Origin: Deltaproteobacteria bacterium
GTDB taxonomy: Bacteria > Myxococcota > Kuafuiibacteriia > Kuafuiibacteriales > Kuafuiibacteriaceae
Assembly: GCA_040218735.1 (NCBI GenBank)
Contig: JAVJQW010000017.1
Coordinates: 384,001 to 448,000, forward strand
Direction: 5' to 3'
DNA: 64,000 nucleotides
In this document: positions 19,214 to 28,533 of the stretch, in pieces
Layout of the letters: each line of letters starts with the position of its first letter
Numbering within the stretch: position 1 is the stretch's first letter
The notes under the pieces: generated by a model
What the model was told of the DNA's origin: nothing
Databases searched by the model: none
Seen by the model: only the letters and a program-made list of their open reading frames with translations
Program-made: the position numbers and the translations under genes

Positions 19214-19976
19214 CGTCCTCGCTGCGCTCGTGCTCATGAGCCCGGGCGCGACAACGACGTCCTCCGACGCCCCGACCCTCTCGCGGTTCAAGCTGCCGTG
19301 GGAGATCTTGGTCGACAAGACGGTGGGGACGACCACGAAACCCGTGCGGTTCGACTGGCGGCGCACGAGCGTGCACGTCGGCGCATTTGCCGCGCAGCCG
19401 GCCGAGTTCAACAACTACAACTCGTTTCGCTCCGGCGTGCTCGCGCGGATCCCATCCGACGCCCTGATGTACGAGCTGGGCCTGAGCTACGTCTGGGTGT
19501 TCGAGACGGAAGCGAGCAAACGGCTCGCGCTCACGCCGTACCGTCAGCCGGGTCGACCGCAGCGCTTCGAGATCGACTTCTCGGTGGGTGTGCCCCTGGC
19601 GGAGGGTGTCGTGACCGTGTGGCCTTCGTGGTTCCCGGCGGCCGAGCTGGTGTTCAGCGCGTACTTCAACCTCCGCTATTTGATCTATCCGAGTGGGTTC
19701 GAAGGGCTGAGCTTCCGGAATATCCTCGGCTCTTCGTTGTCACCGAAGATCAGCGACGACGAAATCGAGAACCTCGACGACAACCGCCTCCCCGGGATGG
19801 AGGTCGACCGCACCCGGTACTCGCTCTACGCGGGGCTGGGGACGGACATCTACTTCGACTTCGGGCTCTTCGTCGCGCCGCGCATCATGCTCGCGGTGCC
19901 GCTGCTCGCGGGGATCGCGGAGTCCGAGATGGGCTTCTCGATGGAGTTCTCCCTCGCGTTGGGAGCAGCGTTTTGA
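19203..19976 (+). CDS. Probable outer-membrane beta-barrel protein (gene 10)
   Basis: Signal peptide, alternating hydrophobic strands, C-terminal FSLALGAAF. Confidence 0.7.
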   Translation: MIPSVLAALVLMSPGATTTSSDAPTLSRFKLPWEILVDKTVGTTTKPVRFDWRRTSVHVGAFAAQPAEFNNYNSFRSGVLARIPSDALMYELGLSYVWVFETEASKRLALTPYRQPGRPQRFEIDFSVGVPLAEGVVTVWPSWFPAAELVFSAYFNLRYLIYPSGFEGLSFRNILGSSLSPKISDDEIENLDDNRLPGMEVDRTRYSLYAGLGTDIYFDFGLFVAPRIMLAVPLLAGIAESEMGFSMEFSLALGAAF

Positions 19977-21817
19977 TCGGCGTCGTCGCCGCGCTCCTGA
20001 TCGCGGGCGTCGAGCCCGACCCGGCGACGCTCGTCTACTACAACGCAAGGATGCAGCTGAGGGAGCGCCGCTCCGAGGACGTGCTGCGCCTGTGGCTCCT
20101 GCGAAATTCCTTGGAGAGCCAAGAGCGTGCGCTGTCCGCGTACGACGAAGACTTCAAGAGCCTCGTGTGGGTCGCGCTCGGCGACCTCGGCTACTGCCAA
20201 GACGGCATCAGCTTCGACGACGACGGCGCCGGTTTATGGCCCCTCGCGCTCCACAACTGGTTCCTCCGCAACATGCGACGCGGCGAGGCGCCGGACCAGC
20301 CGGCGCCGTTCGACGCCTTCGACATCCCGCAGCAAGCGCGGTTCGTCACGCTCCAGGACGTGCTGAGCGTCGACGAGCTGAATTCCGTTCGGTTCTACCG
20401 GACCGATTGCTACCGCATGAAGGAGGTCCTCTCGGCGGGCGGCGTGAAAGGCGAGCCCAACGAGCGCAAGGTGCAGGTCGCCGTGTTGCGCTTCCTGCTG
20501 GAGGCCGCACGACACACCACGCAGCGTCCGCAGGTCCGCGGTCAGGCGACGATCGAAGCGCGGCTCCTCGACCTCCGCCTGAAGAAACTCGACCTCGTGG
20601 ACCGAGAGCAACGGAGCGCGGAGCGAGAACGTAAACGCCGCGTACGGGATCTCGGCGGCACGTTCGTCGAGGCCCCGAGCATCGCGCAGTCGGAAGAAGT
20701 CGCGGAGCTTCTGTCGGTCACCGACGGGTGGGTTGCGGACGACTGGCTCGCGCTAGAGCCGGGGCGACGCCTGTACCTCTACGACTGGGTTCTCAGGGCG
20801 AAGCGCGAGAACCCAGAAGTCACGCGCTCGATGATCGACCGGTTGATGACCAGCGAGGACACGTCGGAGGTCGGTGCGTGGATCGCGTTCACCGGTGACA
20901 GTGACACCGCGAAGGCGAGCATCTGGTCCGGCGAGCGCGGACGGCGGCTCCTCGCGCTCGATCCGAAGACCGGCTTCAGGGAGCGCGCGGCGATCGCATT
21001 GCACCGTGGCGTCGATGCCGTCGGCAAAGGTGACCTCCCCGAGGCGCTCCGATCTCTGGCCTACACGCTGAAGTACGCCGACGAGTCCACGCAGTCGGAG
21101 GCGGTGCGTCGCCTCGGCCTGCGGTGGATGTCGTTCGTCGCTGGTCGCTTCGCCGTTTCGGAGGCGCTGATGACGATGCTCGTCGAGCTCGTCCCGCGCG
21201 GTGACCTGTCGCAGGTCCTGGAGGGGCTGATCTGGGACGCCGCGATGTCGTCGGACCTCGAGTCGTTCGACCGGACCGTCAAAGCGCACCGCGGACGTGG
21301 CGCCCTCGCGCTGCGCATCGAACGGCTGCGCCCGCTCGCGGAAGGTGACGTCGGCGCGTTCCTGACGCGCATCCGTTCGGAGCTCCCCGAGTCCCCCCAC
21401 GCGACGCTCCGATTCCTCCGCCGGTTCCTGGAGCGGCTCGAAACCCAGGACGGCGACGTGCGCGCGATGCACCGCGCGACCCTGGAGGCGATCGATCGGG
21501 AGCTCGCCAAGGCCACGGAGATCCTGGAAGGCGGCCTGGGCCGAAACGCCCGTGAGTTGGAGCAGGTGACGAACGCGATGCTCGAAGGACTCGATGTGAT
21601 CGGTGACTCGGAGCGCGAGCGCGCCCGAGCGTTGTCACCGACGAGTGAGGTGTTCGCGGGGAGCATTCGCCTCGCGCCGACGGACGCGCTCCCGTGGCCG
21701 TTCGTGGTGCCGACGATTCGTCCGCCGTCGGTGTTCAGTCCGTTGAAGATCACGCCGGTCGAGTGGCCGGACGCGTCGGGCGAAGGGTTGGTGATGGGGT
21801 GGAAGCTCGGTCGCTGA
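19973..21817 (+). CDS. Exported alpha-helical (TPR-like) protein (gene 11)
   Basis: TTG start overlapping the previous stop (TTGA), short hydrophobic N-terminus, helical-repeat character. Confidence 0.7.
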   Translation: MIGVVAALLIAGVEPDPATLVYYNARMQLRERRSEDVLRLWLLRNSLESQERALSAYDEDFKSLVWVALGDLGYCQDGISFDDDGAGLWPLALHNWFLRNMRRGEAPDQPAPFDAFDIPQQARFVTLQDVLSVDELNSVRFYRTDCYRMKEVLSAGGVKGEPNERKVQVAVLRFLLEAARHTTQRPQVRGQATIEARLLDLRLKKLDLVDREQRSAERERKRRVRDLGGTFVEAPSIAQSEEVAELLSVTDGWVADDWLALEPGRRLYLYDWVLRAKRENPEVTRSMIDRLMTSEDTSEVGAWIAFTGDSDTAKASIWSGERGRRLLALDPKTGFRERAAIALHRGVDAVGKGDLPEALRSLAYTLKYADESTQSEAVRRLGLRWMSFVAGRFAVSEALMTMLVELVPRGDLSQVLEGLIWDAAMSSDLESFDRTVKAHRGRGALALRIERLRPLAEGDVGAFLTRIRSELPESPHATLRFLRRFLERLETQDGDVRAMHRATLEAIDRELAKATEILEGGLGRNARELEQVTNAMLEGLDVIGDSERERARALSPTSEVFAGSIRLAPTDALPWPFVVPTIRPPSVFSPLKITPVEWPDASGEGLVMGWKLGR

Positions 21818-21828
21818 AGCGTCGCGCG

Positions 21829-22452
21829 ATGCGGCGCGAGCTGAGCGAGCGGCGACGCGCCATGCGCGCGGCGCTGAAGGCGCGGCGCCGGGCCCTGCAG
21901 GCGGAGCTGCGCGCGCGGCGCGGAAAGCTTCCGAAGACCTCGTCGTCGAAGTGGCGACGTCGGGTCGTCATGGCCCTGATCATCATCCTCTTGCTCCTGC
22001 TGCACCTGTGCACCGAAGAGCCGCCGCCCCAGGTCGGCAAACCCACGCCCCCCGCGCCGCTGGTGTTCGGCCCACCAGCCCCCCCGCCGACGCCGGAGCC
22101 ACCACCGATTCGTCGTCGGCTGAAGAAGCGCGAGCGCCCCGACTACACGAGCGCTCCGCCGCGAAAGAAGCCGTGGCTCGACGCCTACCGCCTGCAGGTC
22201 GCGGGACGCAGCGTCGTGCTCGCCACGTGTTTCGAGGGGGTCGAGCGCCCGGGCGCGGTGCGGTGGGTGGCGTCCGTCGACGTGAAGACCGGTCAGGTCG
22301 CCGAGCACGAGCTGGAGCCCGTCGCCAACGGTGTCGTGCTCAGCCAGGCGCACAAGAAGTGTCTGATCGCCGCGCTCTCGAAGCCGTATCGCCTGGAGGC
22401 GACTGAACCGAGCAGCACCCCCGAGCGCGTCGCGATGGTGCTCGAGTTCTAG
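21829..22452 (+). CDS. TonB/GltG-like energy transducer: basic N-terminus, TM, Pro-rich linker, TonB-C-like domain (gene 12)
   Basis: Arg-rich helix, TM VVMALIIILLLLL, poly-Pro linker, C-terminal CF..GAVRWVASVD..GQV....CLIAAL resembling myxobacterial AgmX/GltG-type TonB-C domains. Confidence 0.6.
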   Translation: MRRELSERRRAMRAALKARRRALQAELRARRGKLPKTSSSKWRRRVVMALIIILLLLLHLCTEEPPPQVGKPTPPAPLVFGPPAPPPTPEPPPIRRRLKKRERPDYTSAPPRKKPWLDAYRLQVAGRSVVLATCFEGVERPGAVRWVASVDVKTGQVAEHELEPVANGVVLSQAHKKCLIAALSKPYRLEATEPSSTPERVAMVLEF

Positions 22453-24587
22453 GAGGCCTGGCGCTCTTGCCGAATCGCCGCGTAGCGCTCGCGGTACCGC
22501 TCGTAGAACGGCCGGTACGCGTGTTTGTACTTGCAGTCCGCGAAGAGGTAGCGCCCGGAGATCGGCGGTTTGTGAAACTGCCGGAAGAGGAATGCGATGA
22601 ACGCCCACGACGCGAACAGCGCGGGGCACAGCGCCCACTGACCCGTCATCGCGATGTAGACCATTGCGATGGGTACGGTCGTCGCTTTCAACCCGAACAA
22701 CGGCACCGTCAGGCTGTACGTCGACAACATGATGAGTCGACGGTTCTTGTGGAACAACACGGCGAGCCCCGCGCATAACGTCGTCCACGCGACCATTCCG
22801 GCGATCTCTCCCGGCTGGAACCCACCCGCCGGGATGTTCAGGAGCGGCTCGACCACGAAGTCGAACATGAGGAGGACGACGAAGAGGTAGCCGAGCAACA
22901 CGTCCCACAGACACGACGCGAGCAGGAACATCAGGATGCTCCAGTGTTCGTTGTGCGCCGCGATCTTGCGACCGAGCGCCTCCGCACCTTCGACCGCGTA
23001 CTCACCCTCCATGCGGAACTTGAGCGCGTTGTTCGGATGAAGGAGCTCGAACCGCAGGTTGCGGAACGCCTTCAGCGGGTTCCAGGACAGACCCGACCAG
23101 AACTTACGCCCGATCCCCACGAACTCGGCCACGTCGGCCGTGTACAACCCATAGTTGACGAGGTGATCGGTGGGGGTCCGCGAAGAACCCACTGGATAGT
23201 AGTAGTCGTTGTAGTCCTCGATACGCTGGTGGATGTCTTCGTACAGTCCGGACCTTCGATCTTCGTCGGTCAGCAGCTTGTGGATCATCACCGCCTGCAT
23301 CTCGGTCATGTTCGCGAGACCCCCGGTGAACGGGCGGGTATAGCCGAGGAAGAAGACGTTGCGCAGATCCTCGGGGACCACGCCCAGGTACGTTCCGCGG
23401 TACGCGTAGGCGTACTGGTGTCGCGTGCCGTCCTCGCTGACGAAGTGAATTGGTGGGAGGCGTGGCTCCTCGGAGCCTCCGTCGATGAAGTGATCGAAGT
23501 GTTCGATGCGACCGTCGCAGCGGATGGTGCAGGTCTCCATGTCGACCGTCGTCCGATCCTTCGACCACGTCTCCACGAGCCCTTCCGTGTGGAAGAAGAT
23601 GAGGTCGTTCATCAGCACGCCGTTTCGAATGCGGTCGTCGACGTCGTCGCCGAAGCGCTGCTCGTACATGTCGATCGGCCAGTACTTGATGCCGCTCATC
23701 CCGTTCGCGTGACCGGCGCGCGCCTGCGCGTTCGCGCGAACGCGCCCGCGGCGGTAGGTCTCCGGACGCAGCACGTGGAACTTGTGGGGGAGCAGCGTCC
23801 TGGAGACGATCGACTCCGGCTCCGGCGGCCCGAGCGGGATCGCGAACAGGTCCTTGTAGAACCGCGGCCAGAACCGACCGACGTTGTGGAACTCGAGCTG
23901 CGCGAGATCCAGCGCGTAGCGCTTGCCCGTTCGAACGCCGAAGATGGGTAGGTACCACTGTGACTTCGGCCCCGGCGTCTCGAAGGTGACGTACTTGTCG
24001 AGGTTCACGAAGCCATCGTTGAGGAGGATGACTTTGTTCCCCTGGGGCACGGCCTTCGCCACCATCATGTTCGCGGTGTCGCCGATCGTGTTGAAGACCA
24101 AGGTCTGCCCTTCGATCTTCTGGATATCGAGCTCCTTGATCGTCTCGTTCTGCGGGCGCCCGAGCCCCGTCGCGAAGACGAGGTTCTTGGTCTCGTAGAC
24201 CTTCCCGCTCTCGGTACGGACGACGCTGCGGTCGCTGTAATTGTCGACCGCGACCACCCGGTCTTCGATCACCTTGTCGCGGTACGGCGCGAAGATGCGT
24301 TCGTGATACTCGAAGAACTCACGCGCCGTCGGGTAGTAGTTGTCGATGACGTTCGCCTCGACCTGATCCTCGACGTAGAACGACGCGTGAAACGAGCTGA
24401 CGAGGTCGAAGTCGAGGCGGTCGTTCGCTGCGAGCTGCTGCCAGATCGGCGTCCCGTGCGAGAGCACCGTGTACGCCTGCCCGCGGGCATCGAGCTCGCG
24501 TAGCAGCGGGATCGCCGAGAAGCCGAATCCGACGATCAGGATCTCGACACGTTCTGCAATGGGAGCGGAGTCCGGAGCGGCGTCCAT
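22449..24587 (-). CDS. FMO-like flavoprotein with C-terminal transmembrane segments
   Basis: ILIVGFGFSAI FAD-binding motif, VFATG, FFLGYTRP..G, several hydrophobic helices at the C-terminus; ATG 24587. Confidence 0.7.
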   Translation of the reverse strand: MDAAPDSAPIAERVEILIVGFGFSAIPLLRELDARGQAYTVLSHGTPIWQQLAANDRLDFDLVSSFHASFYVEDQVEANVIDNYYPTAREFFEYHERIFAPYRDKVIEDRVVAVDNYSDRSVVRTESGKVYETKNLVFATGLGRPQNETIKELDIQKIEGQTLVFNTIGDTANMMVAKAVPQGNKVILLNDGFVNLDKYVTFETPGPKSQWYLPIFGVRTGKRYALDLAQLEFHNVGRFWPRFYKDLFAIPLGPPEPESIVSRTLLPHKFHVLRPETYRRGRVRANAQARAGHANGMSGIKYWPIDMYEQRFGDDVDDRIRNGVLMNDLIFFHTEGLVETWSKDRTTVDMETCTIRCDGRIEHFDHFIDGGSEEPRLPPIHFVSEDGTRHQYAYAYRGTYLGVVPEDLRNVFFLGYTRPFTGGLANMTEMQAVMIHKLLTDEDRRSGLYEDIHQRIEDYNDYYYPVGSSRTPTDHLVNYGLYTADVAEFVGIGRKFWSGLSWNPLKAFRNLRFELLHPNNALKFRMEGEYAVEGAEALGRKIAAHNEHWSILMFLLASCLWDVLLGYLFVVLLMFDFVVEPLLNIPAGGFQPGEIAGMVAWTTLCAGLAVLFHKNRRLIMLSTYSLTVPLFGLKATTVPIAMVYIAMTGQWALCPALFASWAFIAFLFRQFHKPPISGRYLFADCKYKHAYRPFYERYRERYAAIRQERQAS

Positions 24588-24621
24588 GAAACGCCGGCAC
24601 TCTACCAACGTCGGCGCCGCC

Positions 24622-25947
24622 TCAGTACTGCTCGGACTCCGCGAACAGCGCGCCGAACAGCGCGTCCGCCTCCGGCGAATCGTCGGAGTCCCACCACCAA
24701 TCCGCGTTCGCGACGAGCAACACCCCGGCGCCGTCCGTCGGATCGAAGAACATGTACGACGCCGCGCCGTCGTCGCTGCCGTCGTGACCGACGACGTTCG
24801 GTCGCCCGGGGAATGCCTGATAGAACCAGACGAGGCCCTGCACGTCGTCCATCTGTGCGTCCTGAATACGCAGCATCTCGTCGACCGACGCCTGGCTCAC
24901 GATGCGCACGCCGTCGAGCATGCCGCCTTGCATGATCATCGCGAGGAACCGCGCGAGCTCCGGGACGCTGCTCCGCAACCCGCCGTCCGGGTACGTCGGC
25001 CACCCCGGCTGCCCGATCGAGCGGAAGCCCCCACCCGACGGGACGTGGGAATCCGCCACGCGACTCAGGTCGAGGTTCGCGATGCGCATCGACGTGTTCG
25101 ACATGCCGAGCGGGCCGAAGATCCGCGCGCGACAGAACGCGTCGAAGTCCTCGCCCGCCACGACCTCGACGATGTACGCGCCGAGCGCGACGGCGATGTT
25201 CGAATACTCCGCGTACTCACCGGGGCACTCGTAGTCGAAGTTTCCGTCCGCGTCGTAATAACGCCCGCCCGCGACGAGGTACTCACGCATGAACTCACCG
25301 AGCGGCACCGGTGAATCGCCCATCGAGTACGACGCTCCGTACGTGTCCTCTTCGTCGATGATCGACGACACGTGCGTGAGCAGCTGGCGAACCGTGATCG
25401 CCTCTCCTGAGCACTCGGGGTTGGTCACGTTGAACGGGAGGTGCTGATTGACGCGGTCGTCCAGCCGCAACGCGCCCGACTCGACCAACATCATGATCGC
25501 CGTCGCCACCACCGTCTTCGAGACCGACGCCCACAGAAAACCCGTGTCCGGTACGACGGGGGTCTGCGCCGTATAGTTCGCGTGGCCCGCCACCGCGGTG
25601 CACACCAGCCGACCGTTCTTCACGATCCCGGCCGACAACCCAGGGACTCCGAGCGGCGCGAGGTGCGCCGACAGATCCGTGGCACACGTCGGCACCTCGG
25701 CGGTCATCGATCCCGCGTCCCGCTTCGCGCCCGCGCCCGCGCCCGCGTCGTGCACCCCCGCATCGGCGACGCCTGCGTCCGCGAACGTCGGCGGCTGACG
25801 CCCCTCCTCCCCGCCGTCCCGTGTAGCCACCGGCGTGTCCTGCGCCGGAATGATCTTGGTCTCCGAGCACCCTGCGACGAGGGCGAAGGTGACCATCAGC
25901 GTGCGTCCTGCACTCGTGGTCTTCATCCTGAACGACCAGTCGTGCAA
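24622..25947 (-). CDS. Serine hydrolase, beta-lactamase class C/PBP-like family lipoprotein
   Basis: SVSK (SxxK), LLTHVS, YSN, GHDG motifs; LVAGC lipobox; start may be the downstream ATG. Confidence 0.9.
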   Translation of the reverse strand: MHDWSFRMKTTSAGRTLMVTFALVAGCSETKIIPAQDTPVATRDGGEEGRQPPTFADAGVADAGVHDAGAGAGAKRDAGSMTAEVPTCATDLSAHLAPLGVPGLSAGIVKNGRLVCTAVAGHANYTAQTPVVPDTGFLWASVSKTVVATAIMMLVESGALRLDDRVNQHLPFNVTNPECSGEAITVRQLLTHVSSIIDEEDTYGASYSMGDSPVPLGEFMREYLVAGGRYYDADGNFDYECPGEYAEYSNIAVALGAYIVEVVAGEDFDAFCRARIFGPLGMSNTSMRIANLDLSRVADSHVPSGGGFRSIGQPGWPTYPDGGLRSSVPELARFLAMIMQGGMLDGVRIVSQASVDEMLRIQDAQMDDVQGLVWFYQAFPGRPNVVGHDGSDDGAASYMFFDPTDGAGVLLVANADWWWDSDDSPEADALFGALFAESEQY

Positions 25948-26006
25948 ACACCGGACCTACCCGTACCGTCGCGCGGTGAAGGCCGTCCGACTGTGGCGCC
26001 CGGCCC

Positions 26007-26939
26007 TCAATGCGGGGACGACGCCCCGCCCGCCTTGCGGATCCAGATGGAGCTGCCGTCGGCGCTGACCTCCGGCACGGCGTCGATCCAGTCGCGGTGG
26101 CAGCGGTACAGGTACGACGCCCAGAACTGAAGGCTCCACACCGCGTTGTTCGCGAGGAAGGCGCGGAGCACGTACGCCTCGTTCCACGCGCGCCCCTCCT
26201 CGACCCAGCGAAGCGGGTACTCGAACGGGTACAGCACGTCGTGGAAGTGCACGTAGACCCCCGCCGCGAGCGCCGGGAGGATCTCGAAGAACAGCGCGCA
26301 CAGATCGTTGCCCGTCTTGATCACGTGGCTGCTGTCGACGAACAGGATGTCGCCGTCCTCGAGCGCTTCGAACGGCGCGCGCGGCGCGAGCTCGAGTGGC
26401 TTCTCCACGATCGCGCACGCGTCCGACGCGCGCAGCAGGCCCCGTAGCCGATCGGGATACGGTTCGACGAACGTGAGGTCGTAGTCGGCGTCGAAGTGCT
26501 CGCGCGTATCGAGCATCACCGCGCTGCTGAACCCAGAACCCACCTCGACGATTCGGCGCGGACGCAACACCCGTAGCATCAGGTGCAAGGCGTTCGCGCT
26601 CTTCTGACCGAACATGTTGTTGCTGGAGTGATACCGAACGTCGCGGGCGTCCTCGCCGCGGTACAGGCGGTCGGCCCGGTACGGCTCGAACGCGGCGAGG
26701 AACCCACGCTGAGTTTCGGGCGCGAGATCGACGTCCAGCAGTGATGGCGGGCTCTGGTCGAACAACACGTCCGCCCGCGGCGCGAGCTCCTCCCACTTCG
26801 GAAGTGGTGAGTAGAAGTGCCCGGGCGCAACCCATGTCGTCTTGGCGACGGGTGCGGGCGGGTCGAGCCGACGCGCGACTTTCGAGAGCACACGTCCGGC
26901 GCGGCGGCCGATCTGGCGGCCGGTATCACGAAGGACCAC
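26007..26939 (-). CDS. Class I SAM-dependent methyltransferase (Methyltransf_24-like)
   Basis: IVEVGSGFSS, ILFVDSSH, VHFHDV, WNEAY; start revised to avoid overlap with the divergent kinase. Confidence 0.85.
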   Translation of the reverse strand: MVLRDTGRQIGRRAGRVLSKVARRLDPPAPVAKTTWVAPGHFYSPLPKWEELAPRADVLFDQSPPSLLDVDLAPETQRGFLAAFEPYRADRLYRGEDARDVRYHSSNNMFGQKSANALHLMLRVLRPRRIVEVGSGFSSAVMLDTREHFDADYDLTFVEPYPDRLRGLLRASDACAIVEKPLELAPRAPFEALEDGDILFVDSSHVIKTGNDLCALFFEILPALAAGVYVHFHDVLYPFEYPLRWVEEGRAWNEAYVLRAFLANNAVWSLQFWASYLYRCHRDWIDAVPEVSADGSSIWIRKAGGASSPH

Positions 26940-27006
26940 GGTCGCGTCGAACCATCGCGGGCCGCAAAAGGTCAACGCGGAGTCTCCCCCGTGGTAAATC
27001 GTCGGC

Positions 27007-28119
27007 GTGGACACGATCCCCGGGTTCGAGATCGACGACGTCCTCGGCAAGGGCGGCACCGGGACGGTCTACCGCGCCAAACGCACCGAGGACGGTCAGG
27101 TCGTCGCGCTCAAGGTGCTCCCGCTCGACGAAGATCCGACGCGCCGGGCGCGCTTCGAGGTCGAAGCCAAGCTCGGCGCGGTCCTCGAGCACCCCGACAT
27201 CATCCACATCTACGGGACCGGCTCCCGAGACAACGTCGGGTGGATCGCGATGGAGCTCCTCGACGGCTTCGAGCTCGCGCTCGCGATGCGGGACGATGCG
27301 TTCGGCGTCGACGATCGGATCCGCGTGTTGATGCGCGTCGCGCTCGCGCTTCACACCGCGCACGAGCAGGACGTCGTCCATCGCGACGTCAAACCTTCGA
27401 ACATCTTCCTCACCCGCGACGGCGGCGTGCGGCTCCTCGACTTCGGCATCGCGCGCCTCGCTGCCAACAAGATCACGAAGACCGGATTCATCGTGGGTAC
27501 GCCGCAGTTCATGTCACCCGAGCAGATCTCCGCGCTCGCGGTCGACGCGCGCACCGACGTGTTCTCACTCGGCGTCGTCGCGTACGAGCTGCTCTCGGGG
27601 AAGCTCCCGTGGCACGGCGAGAACCACACGCAGATCATGATGGCGGTCTGTTCGAAGCCACCGATCCCGCTGCGGAGTGTCTTCGACGGATCACGATTCG
27701 AGCTCGACGAAGCGCAGGTCGATCACCTCGTTCGCATCGTGCACCACGCGATTCGCCAGGAACCACAACACCGCTACGCGTCGGCGCTGGAGCTCGCCAA
27801 CGCGCTGGAAGCTTACCTGGAGCGCACCGAGGGCGCGCTGGACGGCGACGCGCCCCTCCCGTCGATCGACGTCGACCCCGACGAGTTCATGAAGCGGCGC
27901 ATCGACTGGGCCGTCGCGCGCGCGGCGCGACTGAAGGTGGAAGAAGCGATCCCGGCGCCGCGCTCGAACGCCAGCGCCCCGCTACCCCGCGCGGCGACGC
28001 GCGAGCTGGACATCGACGAGCAGGACGAAGCGACCCGCTCCAACGCGCTCTGGTTCGTCTTGCTCACCGTGTTCCTGGTCGGGCTCGGCGCGGCGTTGTT
28101 CCTGCTGAAGACGGCCTGA
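27007..28119 (+). CDS. Ser/Thr protein kinase with C-terminal TM
   Basis: LGKGGTG, VALK, HRDVKPSN, DFG, GTPQFMSPE, DVFSLG. Confidence 0.95.
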   Translation: MDTIPGFEIDDVLGKGGTGTVYRAKRTEDGQVVALKVLPLDEDPTRRARFEVEAKLGAVLEHPDIIHIYGTGSRDNVGWIAMELLDGFELALAMRDDAFGVDDRIRVLMRVALALHTAHEQDVVHRDVKPSNIFLTRDGGVRLLDFGIARLAANKITKTGFIVGTPQFMSPEQISALAVDARTDVFSLGVVAYELLSGKLPWHGENHTQIMMAVCSKPPIPLRSVFDGSRFELDEAQVDHLVRIVHHAIRQEPQHRYASALELANALEAYLERTEGALDGDAPLPSIDVDPDEFMKRRIDWAVARAARLKVEEAIPAPRSNASAPLPRAATRELDIDEQDEATRSNALWFVLLTVFLVGLGAALFLLKTA

Positions 28120-28128
28120 CCCGTCGGC

Positions 28129-28446
28129 TCAGGCGACCTCTTCGGCCTCGGGCTCCGGCTCGGCCTTCGCGCGCTTGGGGAGGAACCGCGCGACCACCGG
28201 CGTCGCCGCGAGGACCACGACGATACGCACCGGCTTCGTCAGCTGCAGGATCGCGTAGGCGCCCGCACCCGTACCGAGGCCGCCGGCGACACCGTCGATC
28301 TCGAACCCGAGCTTCAGCGCGACGAACGCACCGCCGAACACGACCGCGGCCAACCCGAACCACATCGCGACCGCGACCATCCCGTATTCGGCCAGCAGCG
28401 CCTTGAGTCGCTCTCCGAGGGGCTTCTTTTCGGCCTCGTTCGCCAT
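28129..28446 (-). CDS. Small membrane protein, DUF1279/FAM210-like
   Basis: RLKALLAEYG..A...AYAI..LTKPVRI....AATP pattern. Confidence 0.7.
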   Translation of the reverse strand: MANEAEKKPLGERLKALLAEYGMVAVAMWFGLAAVVFGGAFVALKLGFEIDGVAGGLGTGAGAYAILQLTKPVRIVVVLAATPVVARFLPKRAKAEPEPEAEEVA

Positions 28447-28533
28447 TCACCTCCATGGTCGCGAGCGGGGCGAGAAAAAGCCAGCGGCAAGCGGGTGGCC
28501 GGCGTCACGGATTCACCGTAGGGATCAGGGGCG

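Noticed and set aside
9793-22452. Canonical flagellar, Tol-Pal/Ton or Agl-Glt operon
   Set aside because: No export, rod, hook or flagellin genes. The B subunit is MotB-type with an OmpA domain rather than TolR/ExbD/AglQS, and no TolB, Pal or TonB-dependent receptor is recognisable.
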